Below are positions 1-13,306 of a DNA stretch of 64,000 bases, piece by piece. This stretch comes from Octopus vulgaris (Eukaryota): the NCBI GenBank assembly GCA_951406725.2, contig OX597814.1:204476001-204540000 (forward strand), read 5' to 3'. Numbering within the stretch: the stretch's first letter is position 1; each line of letters starts with the position of its first letter. The translations under genes were made by a program, and so were the position numbers. The notes below the pieces were generated by a model that searched no databases, was not told the origin of the DNA, and was given only the letters and a program-made list of their open reading frames with translations.

Positions 1-78
1 TGAAGGGAAAGGTCATTATGTATGTCAGTAACATAGATAAAACATAATGAGGGTAATAAGAAATAAACCATGACTTAC

Positions 79-146
79 CAACACAAAGAATTGATAGCAA
101 ACCCAATTGCGTTTATTCGACCGCTATCTTCCCCAAAATCCAAATC
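79..146 (-). CDS. SYS1: SYS1 Golgi trafficking protein, second coding exon (68 bp, phase 0 to 2); the gene continues beyond the left edge
   Basis: The minus strand reads tttttgttacAG|GAT TTG GAT TTT GGG GAA GAT AGC GGT CGA ATA AAC GCA ATT GGG TTT GCT ATC AAT TCT TTG TGT TG|GTAAGT = DLDFGEDSGRINAIGFAINSLC. This aligns to human SYS1 ILGFSTPPGRLSMMSFILNALTC (recalled) and is in frame with the exon at 8512-8673. Confidence 0.9.
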
Positions 147-1982
147 CTGTAACAAAAAGATAAATAATCAACAATTATTGATAAAATAAAACAGTTATGT
201 AACAAGGATGAATAAACATGTGTAGAATAAAGAATATTGACTAACCATCATGTAAATTTCTAAAATAAAATTGAAAAGTATGATTCATCAAAAAGAATTC
301 TTGATTTCAAAATAATATTTCCTTTATTCTTTTATGTGATTACTGCTTTTTAATTAATAAGAAATTTTTAAAGAAATTTAATGAAAATACTTACTGAAAT
401 TGATAAAGAACAATAAAAATTCTGTTATGTTATATTGATGTGGTCAGAATATTTTATGTGAAATACGTGTTTGGTGAATACTAATTAATGCATCAATATT
501 TAACTGGAAATTAATGAGTTTTAGCCCTAATTACCATGCTCTTCCAGATTCAGTTCACTAATAATTCAACACCCTTTAGCATTTAAACTGGCCATATCTG
601 GCCCAAATTTTCTATTTGTTTTCTACCAAGACCAACCAGATCTGGTCTCTCACACCAACCCTACAATGACATTCTAAAAAGTCACATCATTGAAATTTCT
701 AAGCTATGAGATAATGTCTGATTAATTCAAAACAATGTAAATAAATCAGTATTACATTTAGAGGAGGCACTCCTACCCCTGTCCCTCAATAGTTCTAAAG
801 CCCCACCCCCCTGTACTACTCCCTCTGCCCAGCCGAGGAGGTTTTTGTCTTGCAAATTATTTGGTGACCCTGCCAGTGCTGGTGCCATGTAATAAGCACC
901 TGTGTGGGTTCCACATAAAAAGCATGGGTGATGGTGCCACGTAAAAAGCACCCAGTACACTGTATAGTGGTTGGCATTAGGAAAGGCATTCAGCTACAGT
1001 AGAAGCCATGCTAAAACAGACAATGAACCTTGGAATGGCCCCTGGCTTTACTAGCTCATGTCAAACTGTCCAATCTATGCTGACATGGAAAACAAATGTT
1101 AAATCATGACAATGACATAGATCTCCCAGGGATTTATACCAACCATTTGCTGACCCTTGATTTAGAATGTAGGACATGTGTAAAAGTCAAGAAGTCATGG
1201 GAATTATATTCAGTGAGCAAGATGAACAGGGCAACCACAAGTCAGGATACAACTTCCATTAACCCCTGAAATTTTTTTTGTAATTTAATCGACAACTCTC
1301 TAAAATGCATTATCATTGTTTGTCATTGTTTAGCCCCAGGTTAACCATGACCGGGCAGGCTTATGATTAAAGATGTTCCAGTCATCACAATCCTGTCCTT
1401 CACTTGGACATTGTATATCTAGGACTATATCCTTCCCTTCTTAACCCTTTAGATATGAACCCAGCTGAAACTGGCTCTGGTTCTGAGTACAAATGTTTCA
1501 TAAGTTTTGAATAAAAATCTTCCACCAAACCTTAGTCACAATTTAGGTTAAGGGTGTGGTTTGAGGGAGAATTGGCTGCTATTTTTAGCAAGTCAAGTGA
1601 CACTCGGACACTCTCCTAACAATAAGCTTCCTTCATTAAAACAACAGTTGAGGGGAAGGTATTAATATAATGTGAACTTACAAAAAAAGAAGTTCTGTTA
1701 AAAGGTCTTGCCAAGACACTTAAAGCACAATCTAATTAACTGTGAAAATGACCGACCATCGTTAGTGTCAAGAGGGTAAAGAATAACCAAGTAACTGTCT
1801 TTACTGGCAATAAAACTGACTAAAAAAAAAAAGGGAACTTTTTATTTCCAGAGAGAGGAACACTTGTCTGCGGGTGAATTTTCTCCTACATTCAAGTAGA
1901 GGCATAGGTATGTGATAAGAAGGTTGCTTTGCAATCATGTGATTTGGGGTTCAATCCCAATGCATGATACCATGGTGAAATC

Positions 1983-2490
1983 GTCATCATCATCGTTTAA
2001 CGTCCGCTTTCCATGCTAGCATGAGTTAGACGATTTTGACTGAGGACTGGCGAACCAGATGGTTGCACCAGGCTCCAATCTTGATCTGGCAGAGTTTCTA
2101 CAGCTGGATGCTCTTCCTAATGCCAACCACTCCGAGAGTGTAGTGGGTGCTTTTTACGTGCCACCGGCACGGGGGCCAGTCAGGTGGTACTGGCAATGAC
2201 CTCGCTCGAATCTTTTTACACATGCCACCAGCACAGGTGCCAGTAAGGCGATGTTGGTAATGATCACGCTTGAATGGTGCCCTTTTACGTGCCACTGGCA
2301 CGGAAGCCAGTTGGCTGCTCTGGCAATGATCACGCTTGGATGGTGCTCTTGGCACCCTACTAGCATGGGAACAAGTGCCAGTAAGGCGACGCTGGTAACG
2401 ATCACACTCGAATGGTGCCTTTTATGTGCCACAGGCCCGGAAGCTGGTTAGCCGCTCTATCAACAATCACACTCGTATGGATGCCAGTCA
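1983..2490 (-). mobile_element. Retroposon family E with a (GAT)n tail and internal repeats of about 60 bp; copies at about 870-1110, 2890-3070, 5555-5790, 10940-11270, 11280-11540, 13375-13600
   Basis: Shared 3' end ggttggcattaggaagggcatccagctgtagaaac..ccaacccatgccagcatggaaa.cggacgttaaacgatgatg, resembling an RTE-type tail (inference). Confidence 0.7.
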
Positions 2491-3786
2491 TTGAATTTGA
2501 TGAAATGTCCTTTATTATAACCCTGTGCTGACAAATATGAGTAAATTTGGTTGGATCATTATTATCATTTAAGGTAGCTGTGTGGTAAGATGCTTGCTTC
2601 CCAACCACACCACCCAACCCATGCCAGCATGGACAACGGATGTTAAATGATGGTGATGATGATGTATGAGGGGTTAAAGTACAAACGCAGAGGTCAGAGC
2701 AAAATATGCTCCTTACTTTAGAGTAACAACATAGCTATTAACATTTTGGAAGAGAGGGTGGAGGTAATCAGGATGGACCCTCAAGGTATGAGGTGACCAG
2801 AACTGAGTGAGGACAGAGGAACCATGAGTAAGGGTTTCACAGCTGTTGCAATAGTAAATATATATAATATCATCACCATCATCATTCTCATCATCCTCAT
2901 CATTTAATATCCATTTTCCATATTGGCATGGGTTGGATGGTTTGATCTGTGTTGGCAAGCTGGAGGGCTGCACCAGTTCCAGTCTGATTTGGCTTGGCTT
3001 CTACAACTGGATGCACTTCCTAATGCCAACCACTTTACATAGTGTGCTGGGTGCTTTTAACATGGCACCGGCACAGGATTCTTGTGGGCCAATCCTCTTC
3101 ACCAGGGGAACAGCCTTAACACTTCCGCAGTGGTGGATGGGTCTTACACATTAATGTTTGTTTTTATGTTATTATAAAAGCAGTTTTACATTAAATTGAA
3201 GGACTACTTAATACATTTAGTAGAGTACAAATTTATTAGTCTTTAGCAAGAATAGTATTGCCAGTAACTTTGAAATTTCAGCTGGTTAAGCCATAACTGG
3301 ATTGTCCAATGAACACTTAGCTGACCAAAACTTCAAAAGTCATTGTCAATACTATTCTTGTTAACAAATAATATATATGTGCAGCTGTGTGGTAAGAAAT
3401 CAGCTTTCCAACCACATGGTTCCAGGTTCAGTCTCAATGCATGGCACCTTGGGCAAGTGTCTGCTATTATAACCTGAAGCCAACTGAAGACTTGTGAATG
3501 GATTTGGTTGATGGAAACTGAAAGAAACCTCTGTGTGTGTGTATCTTCGTGTGTGTATTTGTCCTCTCCTCTTCCATTGTTTGGAAACCGGTGTTGTTTT
3601 GTTTACATGCCCATAACCTAGTGGTTCAGCAAAAGGAATCAATAAAATAAGTACCAGATTTTAAAAAATTAGAAAAATAAGTGCTAATGTTGATTTATTC
3701 AAGTAAACCCTTCAAGATGGTGTCACAGCATGGCTGCAATCCAATGACTGAAACAAGATATATATATATATATATTTACTCTTTTT

Positions 3787-4192
3787 TCTCTTTTTACTTG
3801 TTTCAGTCATTTGACTGTGGCCATGCTGGAGCACCGCCTTTAGTCGAGCAAATCGACCCCGGGACTTATTCTTTGTAAGCCCAGTACTTATTCTATCGGT
3901 CTCTTTTGCCGAACCGCTTAGTTACGGGGACGTAAACACACCAGCATCGGTTGTCAAGCAATGCTAGGGGAACAAACACAGACACACAAACATATTCACA
4001 CACACTTATATATATATATACATATATACGACAGGCTTCTTTCAGTTTCCGTCTACCAAATCCACTCACAAGGCATTGGTCGGCCCGGGGCTATAGCAGA
4101 AGACACTTGCCCAAGATGCCACGCAGTGGGACTGAACCCGGAACCATGTGGTTGGTTAGCAAGCTACTTACCAAACAGCCACTCCTGCGCCT
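3787..4192 (-). mobile_element. tRNA-derived SINE family A; other copies at about 3380-3758(+), 9497-9880(-), 20360-20792(-), 23549-23985(-), 24135-24265(+), 29612-30007(-), 49255-49500(+)
   Basis: Head with box A/B-like TGGCTGTGTGG...GGTTCAGTCCC, a conserved body (cttgggcaagtgtcttct..gagtggatttggtagacggaaactgaaagaagc) and a common tail. Many similar copies in the window. Confidence 0.85.
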
Positions 4193-4480
4193 ATATATAT
4201 ATATATCATCATCATCATCGTTTAACGTCTGCTTTCCGTGCTAGCATGGGTTATATATATTTCTTTACTACCCACAAGGGGCCAAAGAAGGACAGACAAA
4301 CAGATTAAGTCGATTACATCAACCCCAGTGCGTAACTGGTACTTACTTTATCGACCCCGAAAGGATGAAAGGCAAAGTCGACCTCGGCAGAATTTGAACT
4401 CAGAACGTAACGGCAGAAGAAATACAGCTACGCATTTCGCCCGGTATGCTAACGTTTCTGCCAGCACACCTACTATCCTA

Positions 4481-5524
4481 TAAATAATGTGGCTTTTATA
4501 TACTTCTTTTATTTTTCAACAAAGTTCTTTTTTAATCTAAAATATACTCTCCTTAATTTTCTACAATGCTCTTACATCTACCTGGTAGACTTGCAAGGCC
4601 CCTCTTCCAAAATTCACTTGTCTGTGAGGAAAAATACTCCTCCAGTACTGTTCTGACCTTGTCTAGAGAATTCGTATTTTTTCCATCCGTATGATTTTGA
4701 AGACTGTGGAATAAATGATAATCAGATGGAGCAATGTCCATCAAATATGGTGGGTGGGGTATCATTTCCCATTCAAACTGCTCCAGTCTTTGTATGTGGC
4801 CGAGAATTATCATAAGGAAAGAACGTCTTTTGTCTTGAAACCAAAGATGGTCGTTTTCCTTCTAGCACTGATAAGTCAGTGCTAGAAGGAAAACGACCAC
4901 AGTAGATCTCCTTTGTTATTGTTTGATTTGGGTTTAAAAGTTCAAAGTGGACTAAACCTTTCATATCCCACCAAACACATAACAACACTTTACGTGGGTG
5001 AAAACCTTCTTAAGCCTGGGGTGCTGCTGTTTCTCCTTTCCCTACCCACTGTCTTTGGTGCTTGACATTTTTAGAGAATCCATTTCTCATCACCAGTCAC
5101 TATTTGGTCCAAAAAAGGTTCATTCATGAGACGCAACAGCAAAGAAGAGCACACATTCACTCTCTGCATGCAATTAGACTTGGAAAGTTTGTGAGGAACC
5201 CATTGACCCAATCTACTGACTTTTCCGATTGCATGCAGATGCCAATGAATGGTTGAATGACCAAATCCAAGCTTCTCTGCTAGTTCTTCAACAGTTACGA
5301 TGGGATTTTGTTCCACCAGGATTTACAGGACGTCCTCGTCAAGCTCTACAAATTTTCCAGGATGAGGCTCGTCTTCAAGGCTGTAGTTTCCAGAACCACT
5401 GTTGATGCTGTCTTAAGCTTATTGTCCAATCCCCATATACTGCATTAATATTCCTCACATGTTCCGTCCATTGCATTGTTGCCTTTATTGAACTCACAAA
5501 GCAAAATATGCTCCTTTGTCACTG
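4481..5524 (-). mobile_element. Degenerate mariner (DD34D-type) transposon
   Basis: Frameshifted fragments carry LGQWVPHKL, IVTGDEKW, LCVWWD, DNSRPH and HPPY..DIAPSDYHLF. TIR-like taaataatgtggctttta at about 4481. Confidence 0.9.
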
Positions 5525-5861
5525 TTAAAATTGAGTTATGGGATGGCCCAATATCGTCGTTGTTTAATGTCTACTTTCCATGTTGGCATGGGTTGGACGG
5601 TTTGACTGAGAACTGGCAAGCCAGAAGGCTGCACCAGGCTCCAATCTGATCTGGCAGTGTTTCTACAGCTGGGTGCCCTTCCTAATGCCAACCACTCTGC
5701 GAGCGTAGTGAGTGCTTTTAATGTGCCACTGGCATGAGGGCCAGTCAGGAGGCACTGGCATTGACCACACTTGGATGATGCTTATGTGCCACTATCAATA
5801 TATCATATATCCGAGAAAAAAACACACTCTAAAGCATAGGGCAGTAATGTACTTATATGTA

Positions 5862-6210
5862 GTTAAGTCTCTGTCCGGTCATAGAGTGACCAGTGGTTTT
5901 GCATCCACAAAGGGCTTAGTCCAATGGATGTTTTGTCAGACTCTAAAGCTGAAGGCAAATGTAACTCTTCACCTCTGGGAGGCAGGAATCTATTACAGTC
6001 ATTTGGTCAGCAAGTCACTAAAGAATAAATACTCCGCTGCCCCTAAACTATTCATTCTTTGGTGACTTACTGACCAAATGCATTTCTGTCTCCCAGAAGT
6101 GAAGAGTTACATTTGCCTTCAGCTTTAGAGTCTGACAAGACATCCATGGGGGCTAAGCCCTTTGTGGATGCGAAACCATTGGTCAATCTATGACCAGACA
6201 TAGACTTAAC
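5862..6210. repeat. Palindromic (foldback) element of about 350 bp
   Basis: gttaagtct..cagactctaaagctgaaggcaaatgtaactcttcac is mirrored by gtgaagagttacatttgccttcagctttagagtctg..agacttaac. Confidence 0.88.
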
Positions 6211-6696
6211 CCTCTTCTCTCATGCCCACCTTCCCCTTCCCCCGTAAGCCCACCCCACCCCTACACATTCCTACTCCACCTTCACTATCCCACCCCTTAC
6301 ACCTTCTCCCAATACCCCAACTCTACCTACCCACAAACCCCACCCTACCGACTACTCACATACCCCAACTCTACCCCAAACCTCAGCCTAACCCACACCC
6401 CACCTCCCAACAACATCACACCACACCACACTACACATCGCAACACACACCACCCACACACCAGCACTGACCAATTCCAATCCCCACATTTTCACACCTA
6501 CACATACACGTCAAGACCACCAGCCCTCTTTCACACGCACATACATACTCTCTTACACACACGCGCACCTTCGTTTTGGGATCACCTTTACTTTGTTATC
6601 ACCCCTACTTTTTCTCCCTCCTGTGTGACCCTTCTGTCCAGCAGTCGCCATGATAGATCGTTAGCCACTACACACATTTTTTTCTCTCTCCTTGTT

Positions 6697-6734
6697 TCTT
6701 TCTGTGGAAGAGCGTAGGCTCGAAACGTAAAAGA
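6697..6734 (+). ncRNA. Minimal hammerhead-like motif with variant core CUGUNGA; copies at 20834-20871 and 36258-36295
   Basis: UCUUU-CUGUNGA-A-GAGC GUAG GCUC-GAAA-CG-UA-AAAGA. Palindromic ACGU stem III, as in PLE minimal hammerheads. Confidence 0.5.
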
Positions 6735-6823
6735 CTTTTTCAATTCCTGAGCGTTATACTAAAACATCTGTTTGTTTTCTACACCACCTGTCTTTGTCTT
6801 TTGTTTTTTTCGTGAATTCTCCC

Positions 6824-6854
<31 letters not shown>

Positions 6855-8511
6855 GCATGTGTCTTTGCATTTGTCCCCAACCACTGTTTGACAACTGGTA
6901 TTGGTTTGTTTACATCTGTGTAATGTAGGGGTTTGGGAAAAAGAAGCCGATAGGCTTAGGAAAAGATCAGTTATTAGAGTGAATTTGAAGGCAGCAAGCT
7001 AGCAGACTCATTAGTAAGTTGGACAAAATGTTTAGCAGCATTTCATCTGTTTCTATGTTCTACGTTCAAATTTCACCAAGGTTGTCTTTGCTTTTTATCC
7101 ATCTACAAAAATAAGTGTAGTAGTAGTAATAATAATAATAATAATAAATGCCCTGATGCAGTACCTGGCACTGGCTCTCATGGCTTTTGATCTTAACTTT
7201 TTGGAAGTGTTATCATGCAAATTGTTTTGTCTTGGTATAAAAGAGGGGCCACAGCAAATATTCTGTTCAATACCACAGGTTTGCTTGTCAGTTGTTTGAC
7301 CGTAACTAGTTGAGAATGTCTCTTAGTGGCTGACGATATGTGTATTTCTGATCACCAGCAGAAGTAGTGGAGGAGCATCATAGCCATGTGTTGAGAAGAA
7401 TTCCTTGGCGTTTTGTTTATCATCCTTAAACAAACCTTATTCAGGGACCTTTTGAGCAGGATGAGCTACTCAACCTGAAGAAAATTCTAACTGGGCCCCA
7501 CCTGGAAACTCATGTGATGTTTATCTTGATATGAGATCACCATGTCATGCACATATGGTTGTGATGAATGTGTCTGGCGCACCCTTATCAGACGGTTCGT
7601 CATGATGGGTATATTGGGCTTCGTATATTTTATCCCAGTGTCACTTTGATGGCATGCACTGCTCTCTCACTCAATAATAATAATAATAAAATTGGAATCA
7701 TCCCTAAAAGAGGAATAAAAATGCTTTTATAAATTAGAAATTTATTGTAATTTAAGAAACTTGAACTGTTTTTGCTGTGGAGTTGTTACATTTTATAATT
7801 ATATTAAGATTTTTCACTTATTCCATTCAAACATTTTGTTTATTAACACACACAAATTTACGAGCGAAAACTTTTCTGAACGCAGTATTTGGCAGCTCAG
7901 CTCAATATTCCAAATGTACTTTTTAGGTAAGAAACGGGAAAACATTTACAAATATATTCAATTATAAATATAAACAGATCAATGACTATTGATCATCCTA
8001 TGCTTATTATATACCAGTAAAGTGATCACTTATTATTTACATTTGTTGCCCTTGTTTCGGCCTTTATTGAGCAGGATCAAAAGCATTCCAGCTGTGACAA
8101 TTTTATTTTTGTATTCGCACAAGAACTCGTTGCTTGAAGTGGTTGAATAGAGACGTGGTTACACTTTCTAGCATTATAAGCCTCCCTCGTCTCGAAAGAA
8201 CATTTGTTGTTGATTGTCGAAGTTTCATGAGCTAACAACACACACACACACACCACACAGAAACCGTTTCTTCTCTATTGTAATATAACTTTGGCAATAC
8301 AAATAACGTAACGCGAGTATTCGATAATGAAATTATTGGTATTAGCATATGTAAATAGAGTCTTAGTATTTGTACTGTTTTATTTTCTCATAATGAATTA
8401 TTCAAGATGACGCAGTACATAGAAATATGGCGGAATTTCGGAAGACACAGGTGGAATCGTAAAGAAATAACATTTTTTTTTATATGGAGTAAAGAATCGA
8501 AACAAACTTAC

Positions 8512-8673
8512 AGAATGCGTAAAAAATTGGCTGATGTGTCTGTCGAAGTTTGTGATGTAACTGGTGAGATAAAGCCAGAATCCAGCCGATGTATAAAAGA
8601 TACACTGCATGGTGATTATCTGTGCAATTATTAACACTGGATCCCAAACACTACTTCGGAATTGTCCATGCAT
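8512..8673 (-). CDS. SYS1: SYS1, first coding exon (162 bp, 54 aa)
   Basis: MHGQFRSSVWDPVLIIAQIITMQCIFYTSAGFWLYLTSYITNFDRHISQFFTHS matches the SYS1 N-terminus MAGQFRSYVWDPLLILSQIVLMQ. ATG at 8673-8671, followed by a phase-0 GTAAGT donor at 8511-8506. Confidence 0.93.
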
Positions 8674-9110
8674 GTTGGTCAACTGACGACGGAGCAAAGC
8701 AAGCATCCCACTCGGACGATCAACTTTTTATCGTTGAACAATTCAGACAGGAATCGCTTAATTTCAACTTCAACGTGGATTTAAATAAATTATTATATAA
8801 ATACGACAACTTTGTTTTTTTCTCTCCACCAAATGAATCAGTTGTAATTATTTGCTGGGAATAAATATTTTTGACAAGTGTGAGTCCAAACTGAAATTCG
8901 GTCAAGACTGGAGACCGATCCTCCGTGGAGTAACATCATTCTGGACAAACCATTGTCTAAAAAGTATACTGAGAATAAATACTATTAACAACAGTTGGCA
9001 TTATTAAATTAGTTGTAGAGTCTATAGTTTACTTCTTGGGTAAATCCGTGAAAATACGCAGAAAAACACGACCGAGTCTCGATGGTGAATCACTGTTTAT
9101 GACACAACTG

Positions 9111-9137
9111 CCGGAAGTCAGCTCAGCTTGACACGTG
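9111..9137. promoter_or_regulatory. Probable SYS1 proximal promoter motifs: ETS site CCGGAAGT (9111-9118) and E-box CACGTG (9132-9137)
   Basis: Both motifs sit in a CpG-retaining non-repeat patch about 440 bp upstream of the SYS1 ATG, as is typical of housekeeping promoters. The TSS was not determined. Confidence 0.4.
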
Positions 9138-9450
9138 AACTTGATCCGCAGCCCAAAGATTCGTATTATTTGTCATCTCTTCCATAATTAGAAATAATAA
9201 TAGAATTTCATGTAATAAATTATATTAAATTTAAAATTAAAAAGAGTGTATTTTTTAAAACTCTGATTTATTAAAAAACAAAAAAAAAAACAGAACGAAC
9301 TGTTACAATTTTAAATAGTATTAAAGTTGTAGCAATAACATTTCATAAGTTAGTAGGAATATGTTTATGTAAGAGTTATTTCCCCTCGTAATTTCCACTT
9401 TGACCTGAGTCATTTCAGATTTTGCCTTTTTTCCTTCTCTATATAAATAC

Positions 9451-9486
<36 letters not shown>

Positions 9487-9897
9487 ATGTATATATATTC
9501 TTTTATTTTACTGTTTCAGTCATTTGACTGCGGCCGTGCTGGAGCACCGCCTTTAGTCGAGCAGATCGACCCCAGGACTTATTCTTTGTAAGCCCTGTAC
9601 TTATTCTATCGGTCTCTCTTGCCGAACCGCTATGTTACGGGGATGTAACCTCACCAGCATCGGTTGTCAAGCGATGTCGGGGAAAACAAACACAGACACT
9701 CAAACACATACAGACATACGACGGGTTTCTTTCAGTTTCCGTCTACCAAATCCACTCACAAGGCTTTAGTCGGCACGAGGATATAGTAGTTGACACTTGT
9801 CCAAGATGCCTCGCAGTGGGACTGAACCGGGAACCATGTGGTTGGTAAGCAAGCTACTTACCACACAGCCACTCCTGTACCTATTATGGATATTATG

Positions 9898-10713
9898 GAT
9901 CTTGTTAAATTTCTTCAAACTGCTTGAAGTATTTCAAATTTTCACCAGAATGCGTTAAACAAATATAGTTTGATGTAGTTTTGACTGCTGATAGCGAAAT
10001 TCGCATTGATTTTGGTAAATTTTGGGAAGTACACCCACACGAGTTTCACTAAAGAAAAAAAAACTTCGGATTGTTTGCGCGGGATCAAGTACCCCGACCT
10101 CCTAATGTGCCGCAAACCCCTTATTTTTGTTCGAAAAAAGGGGGTGGGTGGGAAACCGGACCCTCTCCATCCCGTAATTATTGGAAATTTTTCTGTTTGT
10201 TTCGTTGAATGAATTACGGCGACCTCGTAATGTGCTACAAAAAACATTTTTTTGTCCGGAAAATGGGGTGGGCGGGTGGGTGGGAGAGAGGGTGTGTGTG
10301 GAACCCTCAGAAATTTCACCCCTCCCCATTTTCAAATTTATTTTGCTATTTCTTTCTTTTCCAATATTTTTAGATAAACATTTTGCAGAAATACGTTTTC
10401 GAGAGTGTGGATTACATTAGATTGGAAATTCAAACAGAGTTTGGTAAGAATAAGAGAAAATGCTGAAGTTATAAAAAGTTAGTGGTAGCGAAGTCTGGGC
10501 AGGAGGGGGGGATAAAGAACGCTAGTGTTTGTGTGTGCGAAACAAACAAAAGTATAATATTAAAACAAAATATCTTTTTCATGCCTCTTAAAATCCCAGA
10601 TTGTAGAACAGATTTGAAAAAGAAATCTACTTTCCCTTCGCAATTTTGGGCGCCGAAACTCTAACCGAGTTAGAAGTGCGTTTCATTTTTGTGTGTGGAG
10701 AGAGAAGAGAAGA

Positions 10714-10774
<61 letters not shown>

Positions 10775-11750
10775 AAGACGTGTGTTGTCATGTATGTATT
10801 TTTTTGCATGTATGTGTAAGTGGCACTCTCTGTTTCTCTCTCTGTTTCTCTCTCTCTCTCTCTCTCTCATATACATCTTTCATGTAATACACGAAGTTTA
10901 CCTAAATTTTTAATGGTATAGCAATATATATCATATATATCATCATCATCATCACCGTTTAATGTCTGCTTTCCATGCTGGCATGGGTTGGACGTTTTGA
11001 CTGAGGACTGGCAAGGCAGGAGGCTGCACTAGGCTCCGATCTGTTCTGGCAAGGTTTTTACAGCTGGATTACCTTCCTAACACCAACCACTCCGAGAGTG
11101 CAGTGAGTGCTTTTTAAGTGCCACCGACACGGAGGCTTGTCAGGCGTCACTGGCATCGACCACGCTCGAATGGTGCTTTTTATATGTCACCGACACGGGG
11201 GCCAGTCAGGCAGCACTGGCATCGACCACGCTTGAATGGTGCTTTTTATGTGCCGCCGGCACTGGCATATATAATATGCGGCCGATACCAATGCTAGTGG
11301 CACGTAAAAAGTACCATTCGAGCGTGGTTGATGCCAGTGCTACCTGACTAGCCCCAACGCCAGTGGAACTTAAAAAGCACTCAATACACTCTCAGAGTGG
11401 TTGGCATTAGGAAGTGCATCCAGCTGTAGAAACTTTGCCAGAACAGATAGGAGCCTGGTACAGCTTCCTGGCTTGCCAGTCCTCAGTCAAAATGTCCAAG
11501 CTATGCCAGCATAGAAAGGAGACGCTAAAAGATGATGATGATAATAAATATAATATAATATATTGTTATACCATTGAAAGTTTAGGTAAACTTCGTGTAT
11601 TACATGAAAAATAATGTGTTGTTGTTTGAGAGAGAAAGAGAAAGAGAGAGAGAGAGAGAGAGTACCACTTACACATGCATGCAAAAAATACATACACGAC
11701 AACACACATCTTCACTCACTCTCTTCTCTCTCCTCACACACACAGACACA

Positions 11751-11814
<64 letters not shown>

Positions 11815-11974
11815 TGAAACGCATTACTTACCCGGTTAGAGTTTCGGTGCCCAAAATTGCAAAGGGTAAATGGATTTCTTTTTCAAATCTATTCTGCAAT
11901 CTGGGATTAAATATCTCCGATGATTTTAAGAGGTATGAAAAAGATATTTTGTTTTAATATTATACTTTTACTTG

Positions 11975-12067
<93 letters not shown>

Positions 12068-13306
12068 TGTTCTTTATCTCTCCTGCCCAAACTTCGTTAC
12101 CACTAACTTCTATAACTTCAGCATTTTTATTAATCCTTTTCAAACTTGTTTGAATTTTCAATCTAATGTAATCCACGCTCTCGAAAACGTATTTCTTCGA
12201 AACGTTATCTAAAAATATGGGTAAAGAAAGAAACAGCAAAAAAAAAAAAATGAAAATGGTGGGGTGAAATTTCCGAGGGTTCCACCCCACCCTAAAAAAA
12301 ATGTGGATTGTGCTCGGATTTTTCGCGTGGAATCAAGTACCCTGACCTCCTAATGTGCTGCAAACCTCTTATTTTTGTTCGGAAAAAAAGTGGGGGTGCC
12401 CCGCCCCCATTCCATAATCATTGGAAATTGAGCGTTCCACCCAACTCCATCTCCCATTTTCTGGACAAAATAAAAAGTGTTTTGTGGCACATTAAGTCAC
12501 CGTAGTTCATTCAACGGAAAAAAAATCCAAATGATACGGGATTGTTTTTCCGGATCCTTCCCCCTTTTTTCCAAACAAAAATAAGGGGCTTGCAGCACAT
12601 TAGGAGGTTAGGGTACTTGATTCCACGCAAAAAATCCGAAGTTTTTTTTTTTTTACTAACTGAAACTCGTGCGGGTGTACTTCCCAAAAATTATCTCGAT
12701 TTTTTTCCTAGCAATTCATAATGAAGAAGTTAGAAGCATTTAAACTTTTGTGTATTTAGTCTGTCGGAAACCTCCATTGCCCACACATCGGAAATTGCAT
12801 CTGTCTGTTGTCATGGAAACTAACACTCGCATGAATTAATCAAGGAGGACGAAACGTTTACGTCGTTTCTCGACCTGCTAGTAATAGCAGCCGAATCTTC
12901 TTTAAACTACACCATAAATAAAAAGGGCCTTATATAACATATTTGAAGGTAGACTATTTTGGAAAGTAAGAGGGAATTGGTTTGGATGCCATCGACAACA
13001 GATTTATTTGATTACGGATTGGTTTCTTTAATTTATAATTAGAGCACCGATGCTCCATAATACGGTCCTAAATTCACAGCGGTTCTAAACATGTTCATCA
13101 TATGCACTCATAAACACATTGCTTAAACACATAGTGTGTTTGAGGAAAGAGTTTGTAATATTAAATATCATAAATGTGTCTGCAAATCAATAAACGACCA
13201 CTGGTGTTTACATAAACACGAAAAACTATATAAAAAATACATATTTTGAAAAGAAACTGGTGAAAATTTGAAATACTTCAAGTGGTTGGAAGAAATTTAA
13301 CAAGAT

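Noticed and set aside
395-421. Possible 27-bp micro-exon in the SYS1 intron (minus strand, cag..GTAAGT)
   Set aside because: The flanking exons already join colinearly with known SYS1 without a gap, and the acceptor context is poor.
2150-2480. Regularly spaced repeats of about 60 bp, superficially CRISPR-like
   Set aside because: They are internal tandem repeats of a eukaryotic retroposon. The spacers are not unique and there are no cas genes.
6190-6717. 175-aa Pro/His/Thr-rich ORF
   Set aside because: Low-complexity C/A-rich tract in a repeat body with no domain signature.
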